This document shows positions 1-8,221 of a stretch of DNA of 58,316 nt, piece by piece. Origin of the DNA: an uncultured Oligoflexus sp. (GTDB lineage Bacteria > Bdellovibrionota_B > Oligoflexia > Oligoflexales > Oligoflexaceae); the NCBI GenBank assembly GCA_964236955.1, contig CAXSGP010000016.1, positions 1-58,316 of the forward strand, in the 5' to 3' direction. A program made the position numbers and the translations under genes. The notes beneath the pieces were generated by a model that saw only the letters and a program-made list of their open reading frames with translations, was not told the origin of the DNA and ran no database searches. The stretch's first letter is position 1. The number at the start of each line of letters is the position of its first letter.

Positions 1-625
1 TGCGTTACTGGGGATGTTCGACGTTGGCGTAGCCAAACGTCAACAGCCCCTAATACTTTGGCGGGAAGAAAGCTGTTGGGAAATGAGGAATAGGGGCAGC
101 TTAACCAAGGAAAGAAACTTCACCTTAACATTTTAGTATATAAGCCTTGGACATCATAATCACTATCCGCCAATCATTGAAACACTCAGCTTATGCCTAT
201 GCTGGAATAGGTTTGGGGATTATCCCCTCAGTCGGGACGTTTCCGTTTTGAAAAGTCCATTTTACAAGACAGTCCACTATGCACACCATAGATGACCCAT
301 CTGTTGTATCAAAGGAACAATAGACGCGTTAATCGGTAAAGAATTTTGAAATTCCTTCGGAATTTTCACAACAACTGTAAGCGATTTCAATTGAGCTACG
401 GACTGATTGAGGAGCGGCGCTAACGCCAAGTGGTAATCGTGCCCTGAACTTAGATCGCGGGCGAGAAAGCGTGAAATTGCGACAGCAAGAAGGCTTTCGA
501 GGGGGATAGAAGCGCCCAGGATGGAAACGCAAAGCTGCCCTCTTCGAATCGATCCGCCAAAGGCGACGAGAATCGGAATGAAAAAACGGGTTTGAAAATG
601 AGTTTTTGGGATTTGGGTTTACAAA

Positions 626-699
626 CGAGGGCGATTGGGATCGAACCAACGACCGTTAGATTAGAAATCTAATGCTCTATCCAACTGAGCTACGCCCTC
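626..699 (-). tRNA. tRNA-Arg(TCT)
   Basis: Minus strand reads GAGGGCG TA GCTC AGTTGGATA GAGC A TTAGA TTTCTAA TCTAA CGGTC GTTGG TTCGATC CCAAT CGCCCTC G: full cloverleaf, anticodon TCT, CCA not encoded. Confidence 0.97.
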
Positions 700-1098
700 A
701 TTTGAGCCCGCAACATACCCTGTAGAATCAAAAATGACAAGTAAGTCATTTTACAAGATTTGCAGGGATTTGGGAAATTTATGCAAAGCGTTTCTCTGCT
801 CAACTCGCCTGTTTTTAAAGGGATTCCGGCTAGCCTCAACCTTACCGCCATGTCATTATACTGCTTTTTATAGACTTCGAGGCCGCCCAACCTGCCTATA
901 GTTCTCATAGCCATTCCGCTCAGCAGCAGCCCGATTCCCCATAAAGTCGCCACTCCACGCCGCTGGCCAGCCTATCCGGGTGCTTATCAGCCAGCTCCAT
1001 GCCCATGTCTTGCACAAGAAGATTGGTTTTTGGCCAAATCCTTAGATTGGATAGTTAAGGATGGGAGGCCTGTCGGATGACAGCGTCGTCCGCCATCA

Positions 1099-1776
1099 TT
1101 AAGCCGATGCATCGCCGCAAAGGAACTTGGCGTCTTCCTTTTGCCCAAGCACCTTATACATCTCCTTTTTTGAAAGCCCTGCTGGATTTAACCAGGTATC
1201 GATAAGATCCTCACGCAGGAACAGCGGGCAACGATCATGCCCGGCCTCAGAAATCTCCGGAGGGGGATCGGTGGTGATAATCGCAAAGCTTTCGAGCGAG
1301 TCCACTCCATCGGTCCACCGATCCCAGAGACAGGGCGCCCACATCAAATCCTTATCCCTGGGATAAAAACTGACGATCTTTTTTTTGCCGGTCGCTTCAT
1401 CCAAGACCCACTCGTAAAACTTTTCAAACACCAAAAGGCCGTGCTGACGCATGAAGATCCCCTCCCAGCTCTTACGCGTCTCAAGGGAATCCAGTCTGGC
1501 GTTAAAGACATTATATTTGGTGGGAATTTCCTTTTCCGCCCATGCGGGTCGGATTCGGTACCGCATCGGCTTAATGACCCGCCCCTTGCCCTCCGAGAGG
1601 ATCAAAGGAGCGAAGTAGCCGGGATAGATCCTGGGGTGATCCTCGAGCGTCTTAAAGCTTTTTGGATCCTGCAGGGATTTTCGCTCATATTCTGCAAAAC
1701 TTTGTCTAATAGGATGAGCTAGAAAACGATTTTCCAAGGTTTTAAGACTTTGGACGACCATCGCACTGTAACACAT
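1099..1776 (-). CDS. SOS response-associated peptidase (SRAP/YedK family, abasic-site crosslinking)
   Basis: Start moved to MCY (catalytic Cys2) behind GGGAGGGAG SD; FNARLD, FYEW, HDRCP motifs. Confidence 0.93.
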   Translation of the reverse strand: MCYSAMVVQSLKTLENRFLAHPIRQSFAEYERKSLQDPKSFKTLEDHPRIYPGYFAPLILSEGKGRVIKPMRYRIRPAWAEKEIPTKYNVFNARLDSLETRKSWEGIFMRQHGLLVFEKFYEWVLDEATGKKKIVSFYPRDKDLMWAPCLWDRWTDGVDSLESFAIITTDPPPEISEAGHDRCPLFLREDLIDTWLNPAGLSKKEMYKVLGQKEDAKFLCGDASA

Positions 1777-1850
1777 ATCTCCCTCCCTTCCCTGGTGACT
1801 TAGGATACTGGCTCCACGCGGTCCAAAGCAATCCTTTGCCACCTTAACGC

Positions 1851-1877
1851 AAAAAAAGCCTAACCGTGGGTTAAGCC
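1851..1877 (-). terminator. Intrinsic terminator after PA14 gene
   Basis: GGCTTAACC-cac-GGTTAGGCT followed by T-run on minus strand. Confidence 0.7.
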
Positions 1878-1902
1878 TTCCAATTCATTATAAGCTTAGC
1901 CA

Positions 1903-2613
1903 TTACGGCCGCGAGACAAGATTTGTTGGAATATATGTCTCGGTCCCGCCGGGCGGTGTCCAAAAGAGCTCCAGGGCTATTTCTTTAGCGGGCCCTTGGT
2001 AATACTGAAGGTTCATTCTATGAAGACCTGCTGTTAGGCTAAGCTTCCCATCCAAAGCTTTCGGAGGATGCAGGCCATCATTGTCAACGACCAGCGTTCC
2101 ATCAACGGAGAGCTTGCTGCCGTCGTCGGAATTGACTTTAAACTTATATTCGCCAGCCGTCACAACGTTGACGTTAAAATTGATATCAAGCGCGAACCAT
2201 TCAAAAAGATCTTTAATTCCTGGGAATCCAGCCGTGAATTCGCGGGCGGTAATATCGATTTGATTAATGCAGATCTCACGCTCAGGCACCATTGTCGAAA
2301 AGTCAGGAAGGGCTTTCGTGTCAATGGGCAACTTATAAAGCTCAGCCACAAAGTTAGCTGTGCCGGAGGCACCACAATCTTTAAAAACGTTAGTCGTTTC
2401 CGACCCAATATCGCCAGGAACACGGACGTCATTGGACTTTGGCTTCGTCGTCGGAATAGGCACCGATACTTCCGTGGTCTTATCCGCCGACTCACTCTCT
2501 TTCGCATTGAGAACCTTTGCAGCGCCTTTGAAACTCTGCTTTTCATTGCAGGCCCCAGATAGCCCAAAAACCAACAATGAATTAAGCAGCAAGGTTTTTG
2601 AAAGTATCGGCAT
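1903..2613 (-). CDS. PA14-domain lipoprotein
   Basis: Signal peptide with LSGAC lipobox; GFPG..EWFA, SDDGSKL.VDG, DNDGLH, YYQG are PA14 motifs. Confidence 0.88.
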   Translation of the reverse strand: MPILSKTLLLNSLLVFGLSGACNEKQSFKGAAKVLNAKESESADKTTEVSVPIPTTKPKSNDVRVPGDIGSETTNVFKDCGASGTANFVAELYKLPIDTKALPDFSTMVPEREICINQIDITAREFTAGFPGIKDLFEWFALDINFNVNVVTAGEYKFKVNSDDGSKLSVDGTLVVDNDGLHPPKALDGKLSLTAGLHRMNLQYYQGPAKEIALELFWTPPGGTETYIPTNLVSRP

Positions 2614-2725
2614 CAGTCCATCCTCTTTTTAACTAGGTTCGGCTATCGGGCCTTTCACGGGATCCCAATGCTTTATCGAGCAGTCGGTTCCAGGCTTTGC
2701 TCGACGGACGGCGTTTCTAAGATGC

Positions 2726-2753
2726 CTATCGGTTCAATCTTTGGAAAAATTAA
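2726..2753 (-). promoter_or_regulatory. sigma28/FliA-like promoter
   Basis: TTAA-N16-ACCGATAG upstream of PA14 gene. Confidence 0.5.
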
Positions 2754-2905
2754 GCACTCTTTTACTTTTTTAACCTAAGGCCTCAATTCATAACAATATC
2801 GGATAGACAGGCGTGGCAAGGGGGACCAAGGCGGGAGCTGCTGCCCTATAGAGCTTCGGGCTAAAAATGAGTTATCCGCCAGGCAACGGACGAGGACAGT
2901 GCCAT

Positions 2906-2936
2906 AAAAAAACCCCGATCACCAACCGGTCGGGGG
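2906..2936 (-). terminator. Intrinsic terminator
   Basis: CCCCGACC...GATCGGGG stem followed by T7 on minus strand. Confidence 0.75.
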
Positions 2937-2966
2937 CCGCCCAAAATTTTTAAAATATCCCTGCCA

Positions 2967-4052
2967 TTAATTGCTCGCATCCTCGCTACAATCAAGGCAG
3001 CGCCATTGAACAGTGCCGTCCTCAACACCAAAACGATCCCGTGTATATTTCTCCAGATCTATCAGAAAACCAGTATTTTTGCTGTTTTCCGTGCAGCAGC
3101 CCTCACAATCACTATCGGCACACATATCAACGACTTTGGCATCAATGTATTGGGAGCCATTTTTGATGCGAAGGGTCTTTAATTTATATCTATCAAAATC
3201 CTTGGAAAGCACGGCCGCAATATTGTGGGCCTTTACCCAGCCTTCGGTTTGTTTTTCTTCGAACGCTGCAAAATAACCTTCCCAAGTGCAACCGTTATAC
3301 TTTAGGCATTCTTCGCTCAAGGGATCCGGATAGGATTCGAAATTTGTCATATCAGCCGAATTCCATTGCACGGGGTGATCGGGATCCGAAACATCGTCAA
3401 AATAATGATGAAAATCCAGGTACTTCACTTGAGTCGCACCATGAAAAATAAGACGGATCAACTGCTTGTCGGGGCCGACTGGAATGGGACCCACAGATCT
3501 CACGACTTCTTTTTCGGAACTATCCATAAAATTGCTTGAGAAAGAATCCATAACGCTTACATTGCCCCGAAATTCCCCGGGAGGGCTTTCAACCGTCACG
3601 TAGGCATTGGGATCAAGGCCCGATAGGCGAAAATCGATAGTGAAATTATCCTGACTGGCAGAATCTGCCGTAACCAGATAATCGAGAGCAAGGTTTTTAG
3701 CTGGCCAAGCTAACTTACACATGTCATCCAGGCCATCGTCGGGGGAACTTAGAGCCTTGCCTTTCGGATCCCGATAGCATGGAGTCGCTTCTCCTACAAA
3801 GGCATCGATCGCCGAAATGCCCACAAAATTCTTTGCTTCGATAACCGAGGGAATGGATACGGCCACAGGTGGCTCCGATCCCCATAAGGACTTTACGACT
3901 CTACTTGCAGCGGGCGAGGAACGGTCTGCAGCTTGGCTAGGACTCGAAGGAAACCGCGATGACCGCAAGTTTTGACCGCCGCAGCTGGATCCAAGAGCTG
4001 CCACTAGAACGCAATAGGCTGCAAACGAAAGGTGAGGCCGAATATTCTTCAT
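2967..4052 (-). CDS. Lipoprotein with C-terminal Cys-rich RlpA/expansin-like double-psi beta-barrel
   Basis: LGSSC lipobox; C-terminal IAAV...IDAKVVDMC...FLIDLE...VQW pattern typical of DPBB/barwin-like domains. Confidence 0.65.
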   Translation of the reverse strand: MKNIRPHLSFAAYCVLVAALGSSCGGQNLRSSRFPSSPSQAADRSSPAASRVVKSLWGSEPPVAVSIPSVIEAKNFVGISAIDAFVGEATPCYRDPKGKALSSPDDGLDDMCKLAWPAKNLALDYLVTADSASQDNFTIDFRLSGLDPNAYVTVESPPGEFRGNVSVMDSFSSNFMDSSEKEVVRSVGPIPVGPDKQLIRLIFHGATQVKYLDFHHYFDDVSDPDHPVQWNSADMTNFESYPDPLSEECLKYNGCTWEGYFAAFEEKQTEGWVKAHNIAAVLSKDFDRYKLKTLRIKNGSQYIDAKVVDMCADSDCEGCCTENSKNTGFLIDLEKYTRDRFGVEDGTVQWRCLDCSEDASN

Positions 4053-4457
4053 TCATTTTTCCTTTTCATTGGAAAGTGGAGGCGAACCCGTCACATGGCG
4101 TGATCTGAGCGGAAATCAAGATAAAGATCAAATGATCTTAGGTTAAAGTAGGTTTGTGCCTCGTCGAAAATGTCTAAATCTTCCGCACCTTTTTTATAAC
4201 CTTAAGAGTTTACCTCATTCTAGCTTGAGCGCACTTTAGTATTTCTACTCGCTTACGTTTTGTCATGCCTATTGCAAGGCGGCTTCTCGAAAGCCCCCTT
4301 GAAATCCAACTTTGATGAAAGGAAACTTGCCAGCTTTTCGTCATTGCCAGCTATTTGATTGTTCTATTTGATCCGACCGCAAGTTGCGGTCATTGAACCA
4401 GACTTCTGACACAAAAATTAGGGTCCTTCAGAGTTTCGAAAAAAATGCGGCAGCCCT

Positions 4458-5399
4458 TCAAGATTTCTCATAGTAAGAATCGTCTTTCCAGCCCAAATGA
4501 AGGGCAACGATATGGACTAGAGGTATTTCTTCCCTATCCATCTGGCCGGCAGCGCGGAAGACTACTTTCGCACCCGCATTCAGTGGAAAAAACTTCATCT
4601 GCCCTTCCCAATCGCGCACGTGCAGCTTAGCAGGCAGAAACAGGCCCGGGATCAACCGTCGGGACATCAGCACCGTAGCACGTTTAACGTTTGTTCGTTG
4701 CAGGGCCGAACTCCTGACCGTTGGAAGTACTATGTATTCCAGATCCCCGTGAATTTTCTTACCCCCATGCAGCCGTATCCTATCCCAGGTCGGAAGCTGC
4801 GCGAGATTACGAATCAAGCTTGCATACCGAAAGGGTGCGGCCGGTTTTAACTGCCAGAACTTTGGTTTCGGCCCGGCACATTTTTCGATCACGAGGCCAG
4901 GCAGGGAATCAAAGCTCACGATCTCTTTTAGCTTTTTCAATTCATGGTTTAACGAAACATGAGGATTGGTAAAAAGAACGATGGAGTGAATGCTGCCGTC
5001 CGGCACAACTATCTTTCGTTGCGCCAGCCATTGCCTGAGGGATAATAGCTTTTCCTGATTGAGCTTTACAGGGTCACTGAGAGGCTTTACTTCCTGAGCA
5101 CGAATTTGTATCCAATTGCCACTTTCAACCGCTATTTTACCGCCCCAGTGCTTGACTTCTATGAGCAGAATGCCCTGCTGACTTGCCAGGACCAGATCGA
5201 TTTCATATTTGCCGCTGCCTTCGAGTTTTGGCACGCGCAGGGACCGAAATACTTTGGCTCGGCAATGGAGACTCTTGAGTACCTTTTCAAGCTGCTCGAA
5301 GGCCATCCTCTCACCAAGCGATCCCGCCTGATCACTGTCGGCCGCTGCGAACTCTACCTGTGATTTGCGTATCCATTGCCATTTCTCAGCAAACATCAC
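4458..5399 (-). CDS. NERD (nuclease-related domain) protein
   Basis: GE...EIDLVLASQQGILLIEVKHWGG PD-(D/E)xK signature; GAAAGGAAA SD; start may be ATG at 5396. Confidence 0.9.
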   Translation of the reverse strand: MMFAEKWQWIRKSQVEFAAADSDQAGSLGERMAFEQLEKVLKSLHCRAKVFRSLRVPKLEGSGKYEIDLVLASQQGILLIEVKHWGGKIAVESGNWIQIRAQEVKPLSDPVKLNQEKLLSLRQWLAQRKIVVPDGSIHSIVLFTNPHVSLNHELKKLKEIVSFDSLPGLVIEKCAGPKPKFWQLKPAAPFRYASLIRNLAQLPTWDRIRLHGGKKIHGDLEYIVLPTVRSSALQRTNVKRATVLMSRRLIPGLFLPAKLHVRDWEGQMKFFPLNAGAKVVFRAAGQMDREEIPLVHIVALHLGWKDDSYYEKS

Positions 5400-5630
5400 T
5401 TTTCCTTTCTGAAGACTTTCATGGCATTCGTGCCAGCCGGCGGCGCGCCGGATTCCTTGTGCTCCCTTCGACAGATTCTAGGCAAGCTCCCGGCTTAAAC
5501 ACACATGAAGAAATTTCTCAAACATTTGTCCAGGCCCAAAAACCAGCCTATAGTCGATTCAAATCATGACCTTAAGCCCACGTTTTTTGGAACGAATGGG
5601 TCCAAACCACATGATACCAATACGTTTTGG

Positions 5631-5657
5631 TAAATATCAGAACTTTTTCACCGATAG
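5631..5657 (+). promoter_or_regulatory. sigma28/FliA-like promoter of the MotAB-helicase operon
   Basis: TAAA-N15-ACCGATAG, about 30 nt upstream of the GTG start. Confidence 0.55.
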
Positions 5658-5686
5658 GACGTCAGCACTTTTGTGAGGGGCGTGAC

Positions 5687-6802
5687 GTGGCTTTCGGTGC
5701 AAGAAAAACCTCTGAGTTACTCATTACGGAAAGTGATCAGGTTGATCTCTCCAAGGCCTCCTATGCCCAGGACCTTACGTTCACCGCACTTGACGAAGAA
5801 ACTACCACCTTCACCGTGACGATGGATAGAATTCATTTCCGAAAGCCCCTCGATATCATCATTGCGGTTCTAGAGGCCAATGGCTTCGCAGCCAATTTTG
5901 AAAATCTGCTGTCCTGCTTTGATACCCTAGTCCACGGCGTCCGGATCAAAGCTGTTGATAAACCGACTAGCAGCGAGGGCCCCCACACACCTCGAAGTTT
6001 CATCCCCTGTCTCAATTTTCAGCTGCCTGCCAAACACAAGGTCGGCTATCTGCTCAAAAAATTCTATGCTGATATTGAGAGCTACGAAATGGAGATCGCC
6101 AGGCTACGCACCGGCGAGCTGGATGATTCGGGCAACAAAAAGCAATCGCGTGAGCAACTCAAAAAAGAGCTGGAGCGGCTGCAGACCGACAACGGCCGTC
6201 TCCAAAACTCGGTGAATCAGCTCACCCTGCAACTCTCTCTGGCGATGAAATCCCAGGCTCACGTCACCAAAGCCCTGGAGTCCAATAATATCATTCCCCC
6301 GCAGCTCAAACCAGTGACGGTGCGGGAAGTGAGTTTGCAGGATAGAACGGTAACCATGAAGGCGGGACGAAGCACTCACGTTGTGCCTATGCATTATCTA
6401 AAGGCTCTCCCGAAAGTAGGCGACCCCTGCCTGCTCAATATCAAAGACGACAGAATCATCGACACCTATTTCTATGAATCCGCAGGTCGCGAATTTCAAA
6501 GGGAAATGGCCGAGGTCCTTCACGTTATGGATCAAAGTTGCAAGGTTCGGGATTCTAAACGTAGAACTCACATTTGGACGGCAAAGCATGAGTCAGAGGC
6601 AGACGTGTTAAGGCAGCTCCAACGCGGCTCAAAGGTGGTTCTCTACAGCATCGATGATTTCAATGTCAAATTAAGCCCTGTCGCCGTCCAAAAACCTGAA
6701 TTTTGGACCCAAATCGTTCATGAACACAGTACAATTTTCCAGGTGGAACGCGCGATGCAATCTTCTCCCAATACCTTACCCCTCTTCAAAGGAAAGGACT
6801 GA
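5687..6802 (+). CDS. Hypothetical protein: unknown N-domain + coiled coil + two putative OB folds (ARC/Mpa N-domain-like)
   Basis: GTG start after GAGGGG SD; heptad coil LKKELERLQTDNGRL.., IIPP hinge, two beta-rich repeats ending PKVGDPCLLN and QLQRGSKVVL. Confidence 0.75.
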   Translation: MAFGARKTSELLITESDQVDLSKASYAQDLTFTALDEETTTFTVTMDRIHFRKPLDIIIAVLEANGFAANFENLLSCFDTLVHGVRIKAVDKPTSSEGPHTPRSFIPCLNFQLPAKHKVGYLLKKFYADIESYEMEIARLRTGELDDSGNKKQSREQLKKELERLQTDNGRLQNSVNQLTLQLSLAMKSQAHVTKALESNNIIPPQLKPVTVREVSLQDRTVTMKAGRSTHVVPMHYLKALPKVGDPCLLNIKDDRIIDTYFYESAGREFQREMAEVLHVMDQSCKVRDSKRRTHIWTAKHESEADVLRQLQRGSKVVLYSIDDFNVKLSPVAVQKPEFWTQIVHEHSTIFQVERAMQSSPNTLPLFKGKD

Positions 6803-6807
6803 ATCAC

Positions 6808-7569
6808 ATGAATGGACTTTCCTTCACAAAGTACCTGCAGACAACGAAAAAGCACTTCGATCCCTTGGCTCTGATAATCAGCCTAGTCGGGATTGGAGCC
6901 GTGCTCTATTCCATGTCCCAGCATAACAAGAATTCCTCCTACTTCGACTTGCACAGCTTTATGATAGTCATTGGCGGCACCTTAGCCAGCCTCATCTTTC
7001 AATTCGATCTGCGCAGCATGCTGTCGAGCGTCGTGATGGTTGCCAAATCGTTTTTGGGAACTCCTGAAAAATCTATCATCAACATCGCCAAGGAACTCGA
7101 CGAAGCCATCATCAATCAAGCTGCATTGAGCGAGTTACGGGAAGGCCTCGCCATGGATGGCGAACTTCTGAATGACATCGTCTTTATGCATCATCAGGGA
7201 TTGCTCTTCGAAGAAATCGACGCCTTTGTCACGTCGCGGGTCGCCGATCAATACCTTAGTCGAAAGATCGCCGTCGATGTCCTAAGAAAGGGCATGCTCA
7301 TAGCTCCAGCTTTTGGTCTCTTTGGGACTGTCATGGGCTTGATTGGGGTCCTTAAAACGCTGAGTGATCCCACCCAGATCGGCAATTCCATGTCGCTTGC
7401 CCTGATGACGACAGCCTACGGTGCCGGCATGAGCGCCCTTGTTTTCACGCCGCTTGCCGGCCGGCTCGAGCATCATAATATGATCTATCTCGATTCCCAT
7501 CAGCAGATACTCAGTAAGATCGGAATCCTCCTCAATCGTGAAGAGAGGACCCTTAATGAGGCTCCGTGA
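6808..7569 (+). CDS. motA: MotA/PomA-like stator subunit
   Basis: Four hydrophobic segments; SFMIVIGGT, APAFGLFGTVMGLI, MSLALMTTAYG, PLAGRL motifs. Confidence 0.88.
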   Translation: MNGLSFTKYLQTTKKHFDPLALIISLVGIGAVLYSMSQHNKNSSYFDLHSFMIVIGGTLASLIFQFDLRSMLSSVVMVAKSFLGTPEKSIINIAKELDEAIINQAALSELREGLAMDGELLNDIVFMHHQGLLFEEIDAFVTSRVADQYLSRKIAVDVLRKGMLIAPAFGLFGTVMGLIGVLKTLSDPTQIGNSMSLALMTTAYGAGMSALVFTPLAGRLEHHNMIYLDSHQQILSKIGILLNREERTLNEAP

Positions 7570-8212
7570 ACTCGACACCAGTGCAGAAGAAAACTCGATG
7601 ACGGCCTTCTATATTGGCTTGAGCGATCTGATGGTATTGCTATTGGTCTTTTTCCTGATGCTCATCTCGATGAGTAAGATCGACAAGGGTTCTTTTGAAA
7701 AAATCAAAACCGGTTTTACCGGCTCGACTAAAGGCACGCTCGTCGAACTTGCGGGCCAGCTTAAAGACATTATCGAAGGCCAACCCGGCGTTGCCGGAGT
7801 CAGGGTTCATCTGGCAGAAGATGGCGTGCGATTGGATCTCGATTCGGGTGCCCTCTTCGATTCAGGCAGTGCGACGCTAAAGTCTGCTGCCCTTGACCCG
7901 TTAATGCCACTGCTCAAAATCATCAAAGGCACTCAATATACGATAGATGTCGAGGGTCACTCCGATGACGCGCCTTTGCACAGGATCTTTAGGATCGAGG
8001 GCGTGCCGAACCTCGAGACGAATTGGTCCCTGAGCGGACGTCGGGCCAGCAGTGTCATCAATTTCCTCCTCGACGATGGCTTCGAAGGAGCACGCATGCG
8101 CGTCGTTGGATATGCAGAAACGCGGCCCATTCAATCCACAGCAGGCAAGACAGACGCTGATTTAGAGGCCGCACGGGCCCTCAATCGCCGTGTGTCTCTG
8201 CTCATCAAGTAG
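7556..8212 (+). CDS. motB: MotB/OmpA-family stator subunit
   Basis: TM helix with conserved Asp (LSDLMVLLLVFF); OmpA-like peptidoglycan-binding motifs VEGHSD, NWSLSGRRA, NRRV; start overlaps the motA stop. Confidence 0.9.
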   Translation: MRLRELDTSAEENSMTAFYIGLSDLMVLLLVFFLMLISMSKIDKGSFEKIKTGFTGSTKGTLVELAGQLKDIIEGQPGVAGVRVHLAEDGVRLDLDSGALFDSGSATLKSAALDPLMPLLKIIKGTQYTIDVEGHSDDAPLHRIFRIEGVPNLETNWSLSGRRASSVINFLLDDGFEGARMRVVGYAETRPIQSTAGKTDADLEAARALNRRVSLLIK

Positions 8213-8221
8213 GAAAAGACC

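Noticed and set aside
414..480. tRNA-like fragment (GCCAAGTGGTAA resembles a D-loop)
   Set aside because: No TTCGA T-arm and no matching acceptor stem
329..953. ORFs 329-649 and 690-953 (-)
   Set aside because: Both overlap the tRNA gene, have no recognisable motifs and non-protein-like composition
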